From the NCBI GenBank assembly GCA_041653515.1, contig JBAZFG010000006.1, forward strand, positions 484-64,483: a stretch of 64,000 bases of DNA. The letters are read 5' to 3'. The translations under genes were made by a program, and so were the position numbers. The notes under the pieces are model-generated. The model saw nothing but the letters and a program-made list of their open reading frames with translations, made no database searches and was not told the DNA's origin. Below, piece by piece: positions 53,000 to 63,268 of the stretch; position 1 is the stretch's first letter, and every line of letters begins with the position of its first letter. Source of the stretch: Candidatus Nanoarchaeia archaeon (GTDB lineage Archaea; Nanobdellota; Nanobdellia; WJKC01).

Positions 53000-54109
53000 T
53001 TAATGTTTTATAATAATAATTTGAGCATTCTTAAACGCTTTATTAACCAATGAATTAACATTCATTTTAGACTCAATCTTTTTTACATCAATTAACCTTG
53101 ACCGCGTCTCAGGGTGCTGGGCAATTAAATAACTACAACAATCACTGTAAGGTTTAATACTAGTCTCATAAGTCCCAATCCTTTTAGCTATACTAATAAT
53201 ATCACTCTTATCCAAACCAATCAATGGCGCGTAAACATTCTCTTTAGCTGCCTGCCAAATAGTCCTTAAATTATCAAGTGTCTGGCTCGCTACTTGCGCC
53301 ACGTTATCACCAGTTACAAAACCTTTAGCTCCTTCATGGTCAAGCACTTTACCTGCAATCAAAAACATTAACCTGCGGTAAGTAATCATCCGATGAGTTG
53401 CTGGCACACTCATAATAACCTCTTTTTGGGTTTCAAGAAAAGGCACTAAGTATAATTTAATACTACCTTGATACTTGGCAAGTAATGTTGCCAGTGCTGT
53501 AATCTTCTCTTTAACTCCTTCATGATTGTTATAAAAATGAACTAATATTAACTCACAACCACGGCGAATCATCTCATAACAAGCCACTGGTGAGTCAATA
53601 CCGCCACTAACTAACCCAACTAATTTACCTGTAACGCCCAATGGCAAGCCGCCAAGCCCTTTAACTTTCTTAGTATAAAGATAAGCATTTTTTTCACCAA
53701 CCTCAATTATTAAATCAGTTTTTGGTTTATGCAAGTCAACCTTTAAGCCTTTATTAAACAATGATTCACCAACTAATTTATTAATCTCTGGTGAAGTCAA
53801 TGGGAAACCCTTATTTGAACGACGAGCACTAACCCTAAATGAATCCTTAATAAGCAATAAGCCAGTTTTACTAATAATATCATTAATATCTAATTTAGCT
53901 TTAATCGCTGGCGAGTAATAAGCAATGCCTGGAATTAATTTTAAAGCGCTTAACTTACTCTTATCATAAGCCATGATTAATCGGCCATACTCACGATTAA
54001 CTGCTAAACCAGTTCTTGATTTAATATTATTAACCAATGCCCGCTCAAAAAAAGGCCTATTAGTCCCTTTTAAGCCAATTTCAGCGTAATGAATAACTAT
54101 ACAATCCAT
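53000..54109 (-). CDS. thiI: tRNA 4-thiouridine synthase ThiI (THUMP plus PP-loop)
   Basis: IHYAEIGLKG..NRPFFE, PP-loop LVSGGIDSPVA, GDNVAQVASQT. Confidence 0.85.
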   Translation of the reverse strand: MDCIVIHYAEIGLKGTNRPFFERALVNNIKSRTGLAVNREYGRLIMAYDKSKLSALKLIPGIAYYSPAIKAKLDINDIISKTGLLLIKDSFRVSARRSNKGFPLTSPEINKLVGESLFNKGLKVDLHKPKTDLIIEVGEKNAYLYTKKVKGLGGLPLGVTGKLVGLVSGGIDSPVACYEMIRRGCELILVHFYNNHEGVKEKITALATLLAKYQGSIKLYLVPFLETQKEVIMSVPATHRMITYRRLMFLIAGKVLDHEGAKGFVTGDNVAQVASQTLDNLRTIWQAAKENVYAPLIGLDKSDIISIAKRIGTYETSIKPYSDCCSYLIAQHPETRSRLIDVKKIESKMNVNSLVNKAFKNAQIIIIKH

Positions 54110-54513
54110 TAAAGTTCACAGTCCTTTTGCAATTCCTTAATTCGGTCAGCAATCACTTGAGGCTTATGAACATTACTTAACTTTAATGGTTGACCCCAAG
54201 TCTCTAATTCAAGGTCACCATAACGAAACATCTTCTGGAATAAACTCTGAGTTACTTTCATCTGCGAGATGCGGTCAACTGGCGAAGTAGTCCTAGACTT
54301 CTTGAAAATACCTCGTTCATGAGTCACCTCATTATCTTTAATAACATACTTGTCCTTAACCCGATTATACTCAGCTTTAAAGATAAGACCCGCAGTTAAG
54401 GCAATACCTGTTATTGATAATAAATCAGAGTTAAGCAAAGGCGTGACTGCTTGAATTAAGCCAGCCATAGCATATTTATTCAACTGCTTCAAACGAGATG
54501 GCCTGATAATCAT
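54109..54513 (-). CDS. membrane-anchored bacterial-type PH (YdbS/bPH_2-like) domain protein
   Basis: Two TM segments, then YVIKDNEVTHERGIFKKSRTTSPVDRISQMKVTQSLFQKMFRYGDLELET. Confidence 0.6.
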   Translation of the reverse strand: MIIRPSRLKQLNKYAMAGLIQAVTPLLNSDLLSITGIALTAGLIFKAEYNRVKDKYVIKDNEVTHERGIFKKSRTTSPVDRISQMKVTQSLFQKMFRYGDLELETWGQPLKLSNVHKPQVIADRIKELQKDCEL

Positions 54514-54538
54514 TGAGTATAATTAAGCGGTCGGGTAT

Positions 54539-55771
54539 TTAAAATTTTATCACAAATAATGGCTCTAACACTGCGACTCGTTCAGCTAATCTTAAATCAA
54601 ACGATTTTTTGCCAACCTGCTTGCCCCTATAATGAAATTGAAGGTCCTTAGGGTTTGAGATAGTAATACTAGCCTCAGTGTGCTCTAAATTACAGACAAA
54701 ATAACGGTTATCATTAAGAGTAATTACTTTTTCAACATTAAGCATATCATTAAGCGCGTAACCACCACCATGAGGCATAACATTAGCATTTAATAACACA
54801 TTAATTAACTCCCTGTTCTCAGCGCGCTTAGTCCAACCATTATTCTCAATTTGCTCTTCTGAAAAATTAGGCAACCCTTTAGCGAGATAAGCAATGGAGT
54901 CAGCTTTAAAAGTAATAGGCAAGAGACAATCCTCCAAAGAATTATGCGCTCCTAAGTACATTTCATTAATATTACTAATAATTCCTTGATGATTAGCGTT
55001 GCTGATTACTGTATTCGCGCCAAAAATCTTATTAGCAGCTAAAACCCTGCGTTGTTTGGAAAAATCATTAGCTCTTTGGCAGAAATCAAAATAACTAACA
55101 GCTTTATCATCAAGCAAGACATTACAATTACCAAAAGGTGTTTTAACGTGCTCGCACATATTATATAATTCTTTACTATCATCAATGTACATACCAGGAC
55201 TAACTTTTTTCATCTCAGGAGCTGAGCAATGAATAATCCCAAAATAATCAAAATTCTTAATCTCGCTAGAATCAGCATAAGGGTCAATTGATGATTTTTT
55301 AAACACGTCAATGAAGTGATTGCTCTTCTCAAAATCCCACTTAATCTTAATATCATTAATGTAATCTTGACTGTTCCTTAACGCAATAACATTATTAATT
55401 ATCTGCTCCTGTGAAGGCTCTGATTCTAAACCAACCACTATCATGCCGCAAGAATTAGGCTTTAAGTCTGGAAAAATAATTTCATCAAGACCATTACCCC
55501 AAACGTACTTGCCGCCATAACCACTACCCCAATCCCAGCGATAATCATTACGCGTTATTGTCTGGTCAGGGGTTGAGATGAAACAAGCGTTTGGACTAAA
55601 ACCAAAGGATTGCTGGACAAAATGAATCTTGGCTAAACCATATTTAGTATTAATACTGGCAAGCTTTGCTGCGCCATCATCTAATCCTGTGCTGAATACG
55701 TATTTATCTGAACGCTTAAGCAAGTCTTCATTACTTAACTTGTTTAAGTCAGCTTTAATTAATGAACTCAT
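54539..55771 (-). CDS. divergent RtcB-superfamily-like protein (paralog distinct from canonical rtcB)
   Basis: Collinear with RtcB motifs: SGYGGKYVWGNGL (cf. GYGFPIGGVAAL), PNSCGM (cf. DINCGV), SNHFIDV (cf. GNHFLEI), IIHCSAPE (cf. MIHCGSRG), NANHQG (cf. VCHN), MPHGGGY (cf. AHGAGR). Confidence 0.5.
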   Translation of the reverse strand: MSSLIKADLNKLSNEDLLKRSDKYVFSTGLDDGAAKLASINTKYGLAKIHFVQQSFGFSPNACFISTPDQTITRNDYRWDWGSGYGGKYVWGNGLDEIIFPDLKPNSCGMIVVGLESEPSQEQIINNVIALRNSQDYINDIKIKWDFEKSNHFIDVFKKSSIDPYADSSEIKNFDYFGIIHCSAPEMKKVSPGMYIDDSKELYNMCEHVKTPFGNCNVLLDDKAVSYFDFCQRANDFSKQRRVLAANKIFGANTVISNANHQGIISNINEMYLGAHNSLEDCLLPITFKADSIAYLAKGLPNFSEEQIENNGWTKRAENRELINVLLNANVMPHGGGYALNDMLNVEKVITLNDNRYFVCNLEHTEASITISNPKDLQFHYRGKQVGKKSFDLRLAERVAVLEPLFVIKF

Positions 55772-55808
55772 CTCAGAATTAATGGGTAAAATAAACTTAT
55801 AAGTATTC

Positions 55809-56255
55809 TTATTCTAAAGAAGTGTTTTTAATCATCTCAACGAGTTTGATTAAATCTGTTTTATTAACTTCATAACGGCCTTTAATCTCACGCCCCATAT
55901 GGCAGGGCTCAAGACCAGTCCCAAAAAAGAAGTGGTCCTTGCTTTTATTTTCATAACGCGGAATCAAGTGCCAGTGCAAATGAGGAAAATAATTTCCTAG
56001 TAATGAATAATTCATGTGGTCAGGCTTTAATGATTTTTCAAGCAATCGACCTACTTTAGTAACACTTTCCATTAATGAAGCTCGTTCCTCAATAGATAAT
56101 TGAGTAAAACTAGTCACGTGCTTCTTGTAATAAACACTTGTCTTGCCAAGCGATATTTGATTAACACTTAATTTAGCAATAACATTTTTGTCTTCATAAA
56201 CAACTAATGGATCAATAATGCTCACGCGTTTACAAATCTCACAATTTTCATTCAT
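55809..56255 (-). CDS. HIT (histidine triad) family hydrolase
   Basis: N-terminal CEIC and the histidine triad FPHLHWHLIPR. Confidence 0.85.
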   Translation of the reverse strand: MNENCEICKRVSIIDPLVVYEDKNVIAKLSVNQISLGKTSVYYKKHVTSFTQLSIEERASLMESVTKVGRLLEKSLKPDHMNYSLLGNYFPHLHWHLIPRYENKSKDHFFFGTGLEPCHMGREIKGRYEVNKTDLIKLVEMIKNTSLE

Positions 56256-56384
56256 AATAACATTATTATACTTACTTACTTATTTATTTTTAGTAACTCA
56301 GGAGTAACTATTATTAATAATTAATAATAAAAAAATAATAACAAAAAATATATTTTTAAAAAAATTGCTTAAAATCTTTTTTAA

Positions 56385-56606
56385 TTACTCTGCTTCAACT
56401 TCTGCTTCGACTTTCTTAACCTTTATTGCTTTAGGACCCTTATCTCCTGACCCTTTCTCGAATTCAACAGAATCGCCTTCGTTTAAACTTCTAAACGCAG
56501 GTTCTCCGCCTTCAACATCTGTCTGGTGGAAGAATAAGTCTTTTTCCTCGTTTTCAATTTTAATGAAACCGAAAGAAGTTCTTAATGCTTTAATTTTTCC
56601 TTTCAT
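56385..56606 (-). CDS. cold-shock domain protein with acidic tail
   Basis: GKIKALRTSFGFIKIENEEKDLFFHQTDV (RNP1/RNP2-like) ...GDSVEFE...GPKA. Confidence 0.8.
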   Translation of the reverse strand: MKGKIKALRTSFGFIKIENEEKDLFFHQTDVEGGEPAFRSLNEGDSVEFEKGSGDKGPKAIKVKKVEAEVEAE

Positions 56607-56721
56607 AAGAGACTTAAAGCTAATTAAGGGTTAATAACCCTTTGGGTTAGCTAATTATTACAAATAAACACGCATTTTCCTAACGAGAACTTAATAAATC
56701 TTGAATTAATCATAATTAATA

Positions 56722-58593
56722 ATGGAGTCATCCTGTATTTACTGTGGTTGTGGTTGTCGATTAAACTATGAAGTTAAGGATAATAAGATTGTTCGCGTTT
56801 CAGGCGTTTTAAGCGATGATGTTAGTGAAGGCAAGCCTTGTATTAAAGGATTAATGATTAATGAAGTATTTGACCAAAACAGAATAAGTTCACCGTTAAT
56901 TAACGGCAAACCAGTTACACTTAAACAAGCACTGGATTACGTTTACAATAACACTAAGAATTTAGCACCAAATGAAGTCTTTTTCAATACTTCAGGCAAG
57001 ATAACTAATGAGGATAATTATGTTATCCAAAAATTTGCCAGAACTTGTTACCAAACACCAAATATTGACTCTTGCTGCGGCAGGTTATGCCATAACGCGA
57101 CTGTGATGGGCATGAAAAACGTTTTTGGCGCGCCCAACTTAACTGTGATGAATGAGTCAAAAAAAATTGATTTCATATTAATTATTGGCTCAGAACCAGA
57201 AAAAGATTACCCTGTGTTCTACAATAAATTAGCGAATAATAAAAAACTAAAAATCACCCGCGTTCACTCATTCCTTAAAGGCTGCAGTGAAAAAGAATGC
57301 ATTGTTACAATCAGGCCTGGATCAGAGACTTGTTTATTAAATGGCTTAATTAATGAATTAATCAAGAAAGGATTAAAGAGCGATGTTGACGGCTTTGAGA
57401 TAATGAAAGAAGTAGCCTTAACTTATGATGCTGATTACGTTTGCAATACCTGCCAGATAAGCGAGAGGACTTATAAAAAATTAATTAATGATGTTTATAA
57501 TTCAAAACGCTTTGGCGTGTTCCACGGTATGGGGTTAACCCAGCACTTAAACAGTTTAGAAAACATTCACTCACTCCTAAACTTATTATTATTAAAGAAT
57601 GGTATAATACTATCACTCCGCGGGGAAGTAAACGTCCAAGGAGCTGGTGACTTAGGTGGTATGCCAGGTTTATTGCCCAGCGGTCCATTAAGTAATAAAA
57701 CAATAATAGAAAAAGAGTGGGGCTTAATAAGTGAGTCAAAAGGACTAAATATTATTGAAGCATTAATGTTATCACCAGTTAGGGCAGTCTTCCTAATAGA
57801 ATTTAACCCCTATAAGTCAATGCCTGATACTGAGCAATTAAATAATAAATTAAGGAAAACATTTAAAGTTTATTTTGGCGCTTACAATAATGAAGCCTCA
57901 AAGAAAGCTGACGTTGTAATACCAATTGCCTCACTATTAGGGAGTGAAGGCACAATCACTAACGGTGAGCGCCGACTAAGAAAAGTGAACAAAGTAATAA
58001 ACAATCAACCACAATTATGGCAAGTGCTTGGTGAATTATCAAAAAAGTTTGGTAAAAAGAAATACTTTGATTACACTAACAGTCGCGAAGTATTTAATGA
58101 ATTAAAAAGATTAGTCCCTGATTATAATAAGATTAACACTAATGACTTATGGCGTGGCCGGGATGATTGGGCTGAGAAAAGCATTAAATACGAGCGGTTC
58201 ATGCCCGAACATTTTGACGGCTTAGATGATGTCACCAGTGATAAGTACCCTTACATACTAACCACTTATCGGTCAAGCTATGCTTTCCTTGGCAATGAAG
58301 TGACAAAGAATAGCAAAACCCTAAGCGATTTACAAGAACCAGTTGGTTTTTATTTTAACCCAGTTGATATGAAACAATTAAGTTTAGCAGAAGGCGAGCG
58401 ATTAACAATTGAAAGTCAAACTAATTCACTAACTGGCAATGCTTACAAGAGTGACCGGTTACCAAGAGGAATAATTGGCGCTTACATGCATTACTCAAAA
58501 TTAATGATAAACAAATTATTTCCACTAAAATTTGATGAAGAAAGTTTCACGCCAAACTACAAAGCGGTCGCGGTTCGAGTCAAGAAAGACTGA
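56722..58593 (+). CDS. molybdopterin oxidoreductase, formate dehydrogenase alpha-like (Cys type)
   Basis: N-terminal 4Fe-4[13 protein letters not shown]...GKPCIKG. Mo-ligand region [14 protein letters not shown]-terminal beta-barrel-like domain. Confidence 0.75.
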   Translation: MESSCIYCGCGCRLNYEVKDNKIVRVSGVLSDDVSEGKPCIKGLMINEVFDQNRISSPLINGKPVTLKQALDYVYNNTKNLAPNEVFFNTSGKITNEDNYVIQKFARTCYQTPNIDSCCGRLCHNATVMGMKNVFGAPNLTVMNESKKIDFILIIGSEPEKDYPVFYNKLANNKKLKITRVHSFLKGCSEKECIVTIRPGSETCLLNGLINELIKKGLKSDVDGFEIMKEVALTYDADYVCNTCQISERTYKKLINDVYNSKRFGVFHGMGLTQHLNSLENIHSLLNLLLLKNGIILSLRGEVNVQGAGDLGGMPGLLPSGPLSNKTIIEKEWGLISESKGLNIIEALMLSPVRAVFLIEFNPYKSMPDTEQLNNKLRKTFKVYFGAYNNEASKKADVVIPIASLLGSEGTITNGERRLRKVNKVINNQPQLWQVLGELSKKFGKKKYFDYTNSREVFNELKRLVPDYNKINTNDLWRGRDDWAEKSIKYERFMPEHFDGLDDVTSDKYPYILTTYRSSYAFLGNEVTKNSKTLSDLQEPVGFYFNPVDMKQLSLAEGERLTIESQTNSLTGNAYKSDRLPRGIIGAYMHYSKLMINKLFPLKFDEESFTPNYKAVAVRVKKD

Positions 58594-58973
58594 GCTTTCC
58601 TTAACACTTGCTTAATATTCTCAAAAGTTATTTTTTTAACCGCCTCATTAAAAGATAACCATTCATAATTAACGTGCTCATGACTTAACTTAACTTTAAT
58701 AGTGTTTGATTTAATTAATAAAAAAATTACTCTTTTACCAACTAACTCACGTCGTGACTTAAAATAATAACCCACTTCCTCACTAAAACCATGAATAAAA
58801 ACACTATCAGTAATACCAGTCTCCTCTTCTAACTCGCGAGTAATTGTCTGCTCAACTGATTCACCAAGCTCAACATGGCCTTTAACAAGACCCCAATGAC
58901 CTGCACGGTACTTTAACAAAAGAAACTTACCATCATTAATTACTACTGCGCCAGCACTAACCTCAGGCTTCAT
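58557..58973 (-). CDS. Nudix hydrolase
   Basis: Nudix box [23 protein letters not shown]. Confidence 0.9.
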   Translation of the reverse strand: MKPEVSAGAVVINDGKFLLLKYRAGHWGLVKGHVELGESVEQTITRELEEETGITDSVFIHGFSEEVGYYFKSRRELVGKRVIFLLIKSNTIKVKLSHEHVNYEWLSFNEAVKKITFENIKQVLRKAQSFLTRTATAL

Positions 58974-59791
58974 TTAAAATCATTCATTAACTTAGAAACA
59001 TCACGCTTCTTAACAAGACCCGGCTTAGGCAAGTGGTCTTCAAGCGTCTCAAATTCTTCCTGATAAAAAATACCTAGCGGAATCTTAGTGCCCCACTCAA
59101 GTGATTTATTAAACGCTTCAACACGAGTCTTTAATGGTTTATCAAGATAATAAACCCGCTCCTTATACCAAGCATAAGTGTTCTTCTTATTGAAAGTAAC
59201 GCATGGTTGCAATACATCAAGAAAAGCCGCACCCTTATGAGTGATTGCTTTTTTTATCAAATCTTTTAACCCATTTAAGTCACCAGCAAAACCCCTTGCA
59301 ATAAAAGTAGCCCCACAATTAATCGCAGTACTAATAGGATTAAGCGCCCTAACAGCGCCCCAAGGAGTAGTCTTAGTAATAAAACCATCATCACTTGTAG
59401 GTGATGTTTGGCCTTTAGTTAAACCATAAATCTGGTTATCATGAACAATATACGTAATATTAATATTATTCTGACAGAAATGAACGAAATGGTTAGTGCC
59501 CTCAGCAAAACCATCACCATCACCACCACAAGCAATAACAGTTAAGTCAGGTCGCGCTAACTTAACCCCAGTAGCCACTGTAACTGGCCGGCCGTGCAAG
59601 CCACAAAAAGAATTAACATTAACCCAATAAGGAATCTTACTTGAACAACCAATACCGCCTGCCATTACAACGTTCTCAGGCGATAGTTTTAATTCACTTA
59701 AAGCCATCTTAAGCGCAGTAATAATACCGAAATTACCACAACCAGGACACCAATTAGGTTTATCCCAAGTATCAAAATTCACTTCAAACAC
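58970..59791 (-). CDS. 2-oxoacid:ferredoxin oxidoreductase, beta (TPP-binding) subunit
   Basis: [33 protein letters not shown]. Confidence 0.9.
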   Translation of the reverse strand: MFEVNFDTWDKPNWCPGCGNFGIITALKMALSELKLSPENVVMAGGIGCSSKIPYWVNVNSFCGLHGRPVTVATGVKLARPDLTVIACGGDGDGFAEGTNHFVHFCQNNINITYIVHDNQIYGLTKGQTSPTSDDGFITKTTPWGAVRALNPISTAINCGATFIARGFAGDLNGLKDLIKKAITHKGAAFLDVLQPCVTFNKKNTYAWYKERVYYLDKPLKTRVEAFNKSLEWGTKIPLGIFYQEEFETLEDHLPKPGLVKKRDVSKLMNDFK

Positions 59792-61503
59792 CTCTTAACT
59801 TCACTAACAATCTCCTCAGGATTCAATGGTCGGCCATTATACTTATTAATCTTCTTAAACTCAACGCCCCGCAATAAACTAGCTAATTGACCATCATGAT
59901 TATCCTCAATAACAATTACTTGACCTTTAATTAATTCCTTTAATCTATCATGCGGGAAAGGGGATAATACTCTAACCTGAATAAACTGCGTCTTAACACC
60001 TTCTTTCTCAAGCAATGATTGTGCAGCAATAATAGCCCCTTTAGTTGAACCCCAACCAACCAAAGTAGTATTCCCTTCACCAAACACTTTAACACCATTC
60101 TTTAATTCACGGGCAATTAATTCATGCTTTCTAACACGCTTATCAATAATCATCTCAGCCTTACTAGCTGATTCAATAATAAATCCTTCTTGGTCATGCT
60201 CATCACCAGCAAAACAATAAGTTAACCCCTTAATACCTGGGATTGGTCTAGCTGAAACACCATCCTTAGTGAACTCATAGCGCTTAAACCGATGACCTGC
60301 CTCAACACTTTTAGGCATAGTTAATAATTTACCACGATCAATAATGTAAGAATCACTAAATGGTTTAACAGTTACGATAGAATCAGAGATATGTTTATCA
60401 AGCAAGACTATAACTGGTGTTTGGTACTTATCAGCGTAATTAAAAGCATCTAAAGCCATCTCATAACAATCATTAACATCACCTGGCGCTAAAACTAATC
60501 GAGTGAATTCACCATGACCAGCGTTAAGAACAAACAATAAATCACCCTGACCAGTCCTAGTAGGCAGACCAGTTGCAGGCCCAGGCCGCTGTGACATAGC
60601 AATAACTAATGGAGCTTCAATCATCCCTGCCAAACTAAAACCCTCATTCATTAAAGCAAAACCACCGCCACTAGTGCAAGTCAAAGCCCTAGCCCCAGTG
60701 AACGAAGCGCCTAGAGCAGTGTTAATCGCTGCAATCTCATCCTCAACCTGAAACGCCCTAACACCATACTCTTTGGATTTAGCGCACATGAACTCAAGAA
60801 TACTCGTTGCTGGTGTCATAGGGTAAGCACTAATAAAATTACAACCAGCCCTTAAAGCACCAATACAAAAAGCGTCATTACCATTAATCAATAAATCACC
60901 CTTAACCTTATTTTTCTTAAGAGTCATTAATTGATGCTTAACCCCTAACTCATAACCATCATTAAACGCTTTAGTATCAGGCTCAATAAATTTAGGCTTA
61001 TTCTTAAATAAATCCTTAATCAAATCATTACATACAGCCTTATCAAAACCAATAATACCACAAGAAACACCAATAGCAACCATATTCATCATTACTTTAG
61101 CGTCCCCATACTTACTTGCAATAGTCCTTAAAGGCACTGGGATTAACTTAAAACCCTTAACATTAGGCTTAACCTCAATATCATGAATAATAATACCACC
61201 CTTTTTTAGTTCAGGTGATTCCTCAATAATAGTCCGTTCATTCAAAGCAGCTAATAAATCACAATACTTTGACTGAGATGTTAATTTATCATCACTAAAA
61301 CGAATAGTGAAATTATTATGACCGCCCCTAATAAGACTAGGGTACTCTTTTGAACCAAAAACATTAAGTCCATGCTTCATGCAAACTTTGGCAAGGAAAT
61401 CACCTGCAGTAGCAATGCCATAACCTGCTTCACCCCCAACACGCCAAGCAAAATCAATCATTGTCAATAAGAGTAATAATCCATCCTTTAAATGATTTTT
61501 CAA
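59779..61503 (-). CDS. 2-oxoacid:ferredoxin oxidoreductase, alpha subunit (gamma-alpha fusion)
   Basis: N-terminal gamma-like domain (RVGGEAGYGI), then alpha core (SAYPMTPAT, GFALMNEGFSLAGMIEAPLVI). The true start may be M15 (61461). Confidence 0.9.
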   Translation of the reverse strand: MKNHLKDGLLLLLTMIDFAWRVGGEAGYGIATAGDFLAKVCMKHGLNVFGSKEYPSLIRGGHNNFTIRFSDDKLTSQSKYCDLLAALNERTIIEESPELKKGGIIIHDIEVKPNVKGFKLIPVPLRTIASKYGDAKVMMNMVAIGVSCGIIGFDKAVCNDLIKDLFKNKPKFIEPDTKAFNDGYELGVKHQLMTLKKNKVKGDLLINGNDAFCIGALRAGCNFISAYPMTPATSILEFMCAKSKEYGVRAFQVEDEIAAINTALGASFTGARALTCTSGGGFALMNEGFSLAGMIEAPLVIAMSQRPGPATGLPTRTGQGDLLFVLNAGHGEFTRLVLAPGDVNDCYEMALDAFNYADKYQTPVIVLLDKHISDSIVTVKPFSDSYIIDRGKLLTMPKSVEAGHRFKRYEFTKDGVSARPIPGIKGLTYCFAGDEHDQEGFIIESASKAEMIIDKRVRKHELIARELKNGVKVFGEGNTTLVGWGSTKGAIIAAQSLLEKEGVKTQFIQVRVLSPFPHDRLKELIKGQVIVIEDNHDGQLASLLRGVEFKKINKYNGRPLNPEEIVSEVKRCLK

Positions 61504-62255
61504 AGATTAATAATTAATTGATTAAGCTTATCTTTTGGGTTACCAACAAATAATTCATTAATTACTTCAACAAAATCATTACCTAAACCTAATAATTTAA
61601 TTAAACCAAGTTCATCAAATCGCTTCCTAACACTAAGAGCATTACCAAACTCTTTGACAAATAATTTATTATCAAAAGCGTATAAAATACTTTTAATAAA
61701 ACGCTTAATTGAGCCTAAGCGCTTAGCGTATAATTGTCGCTCAATATTCTTAGGTAAGAGATAAGAATACTTTCTAATAATATCAAATAATTTAGTTCGC
61801 TGCATACTAGTCTCTTTACAATTAAAAGAACAAGGAAAATGATTCACATAACTAACCATCCGAGTGTAATTAATTAATTCATCATTATTATGTGTCATTA
61901 AATTATAATACCAGTACAATTCGCGCGATAAAGGCAGGCTAACTATTTTAGAGAACGCTTTAACACAACAAGAAGGGTAACCAATGAATTTATCAGCTAA
62001 AGTAAGTATTGGCTCAATACTACTCTCCCATTCCTTAAACAAAAACCAATCCTTAGTAATATAACCATTATTCTTAAATGATACAAATAACCCTAATTGT
62101 TTGCATAATGATGATAAATTCTTTAATAAATCCTTATCTAATGACTCAATAAACACGCCCGGCTTAGCCCCATCAATTAACTCTAATAACTCAAGCAATA
62201 ATAAAGGTCGGTTAACCTTCAAGAACTTAATCTCACTTAATGCGCGTAAATCCAT
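61500..62255 (-). CDS. hypothetical protein (251 aa) with Cys motifs GYPSCCV and HFPCSFNC
   Basis: ORF track. Overlaps the OFOR alpha ORF by 4 nt. Confidence 0.55.
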   Translation of the reverse strand: MDLRALSEIKFLKVNRPLLLLELLELIDGAKPGVFIESLDKDLLKNLSSLCKQLGLFVSFKNNGYITKDWFLFKEWESSIEPILTLADKFIGYPSCCVKAFSKIVSLPLSRELYWYYNLMTHNNDELINYTRMVSYVNHFPCSFNCKETSMQRTKLFDIIRKYSYLLPKNIERQLYAKRLGSIKRFIKSILYAFDNKLFVKEFGNALSVRKRFDELGLIKLLGLGNDFVEVINELFVGNPKDKLNQLIINL

Positions 62256-62308
62256 AGAATTATTGATAGCATAAAACTTTATAAAAAGAACTGAACGTTT
62301 TTACTAAA

Positions 62309-62917
62309 ATGAATCTGGATGTTTATAACATAATAACAACTGTATTAGAGATTAACTGCCAGTCAATGGATTATAATGACCCTAATTATAAAAATTTAGT
62401 TAACCTGCTTAGGAACACTTTTGTTGTGGGAAGCCAAGTAATACAAGACAAGATTGATTGGCCTGATGATAATGACCTTGACTTATTTTATTATAGACAT
62501 AATAAGAAAAAACAGCGCCAAGAATTCAATAAACTAAACAATTACATATCAGTTAAATCACTTGATGATTGCTTAGACATAGATTTATTGCCAATTTTAT
62601 CAGCGAGTAATTTTTACAGCAATAAAGAACCTGATAAGTCATTAACAGATTGTATATTTGGCTCGAATAAAGAAATATTCACTGTTAGTAAAGGTATTAT
62701 AAGAATGCTTAACCTTAAAGGGTTCTTCTTAACCAAACTAGCTTCATTAAGCCAGCGCGAAGAGGAAAGGGATTATAAAGCACTAACAATAGTTTACGAA
62801 GAGTTTGGCAATCAATTACCAGAAGACGTTGACAACGCAATAAACGAGTACGGGTTAAATAATTACTTTGATGAATTCAAAAACAATTATTTAACTTCAG
62901 GCGAGAAATCTAATTGA
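62309..62917 (+). CDS. hypothetical protein (202 aa)
   Basis: ORF track only. Confidence 0.5.
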   Translation: MNLDVYNIITTVLEINCQSMDYNDPNYKNLVNLLRNTFVVGSQVIQDKIDWPDDNDLDLFYYRHNKKKQRQEFNKLNNYISVKSLDDCLDIDLLPILSASNFYSNKEPDKSLTDCIFGSNKEIFTVSKGIIRMLNLKGFFLTKLASLSQREEERDYKALTIVYEEFGNQLPEDVDNAINEYGLNNYFDEFKNNYLTSGEKSN

Positions 62918-63264
62918 TAGTCAGGGATCCCAAGCGAGAGACCATATTTAGTAACCTGTTCATATTCTTCTTTATTCTTTCTATTAACCTTAAAGACTTT
63001 GCCGCGGAAAACAATGTAATGAATGAAATCATTCTTGAAGTCAGCGTACCAGTCATGCTCCGGGTCAAGCGATTGGCTTAACTTTTCAGCAACCAAGTCA
63101 ACCTTTGACATAGGAACAATTATAGTATGAAGCGTCCACTTTTCTAACCAAGGCGTCTGGTGTTCATTAGTCACTAGTTCAACGTTAGTAGTAATAATTG
63201 TTACATCATCAAGAACACTCTTGTCAACAAGACTCTCTTCAATAATAACCCCCTTATAATTCAT
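62887..63264 (-). CDS. hypothetical protein (125 aa)
   Basis: The track ORF extends to 63336 inside radA. ATG 63264 (MNYKGVIIEE...) begins 4 nt after the radA stop and is preferred. Confidence 0.5.
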   Translation of the reverse strand: MNYKGVIIEESLVDKSVLDDVTIITTNVELVTNEHQTPWLEKWTLHTIIVPMSKVDLVAEKLSQSLDPEHDWYADFKNDFIHYIVFRGKVFKVNRKNKEEYEQVTKYGLSLGIPDYQLDFSPEVK

Positions 63265-63268
63265 GACT

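Noticed and set aside
56365-56634. Plus-strand 89-aa ORF overlapping the cold-shock gene
   Set aside because: The minus-strand frame contains clear CSD motifs; the plus frame has none.
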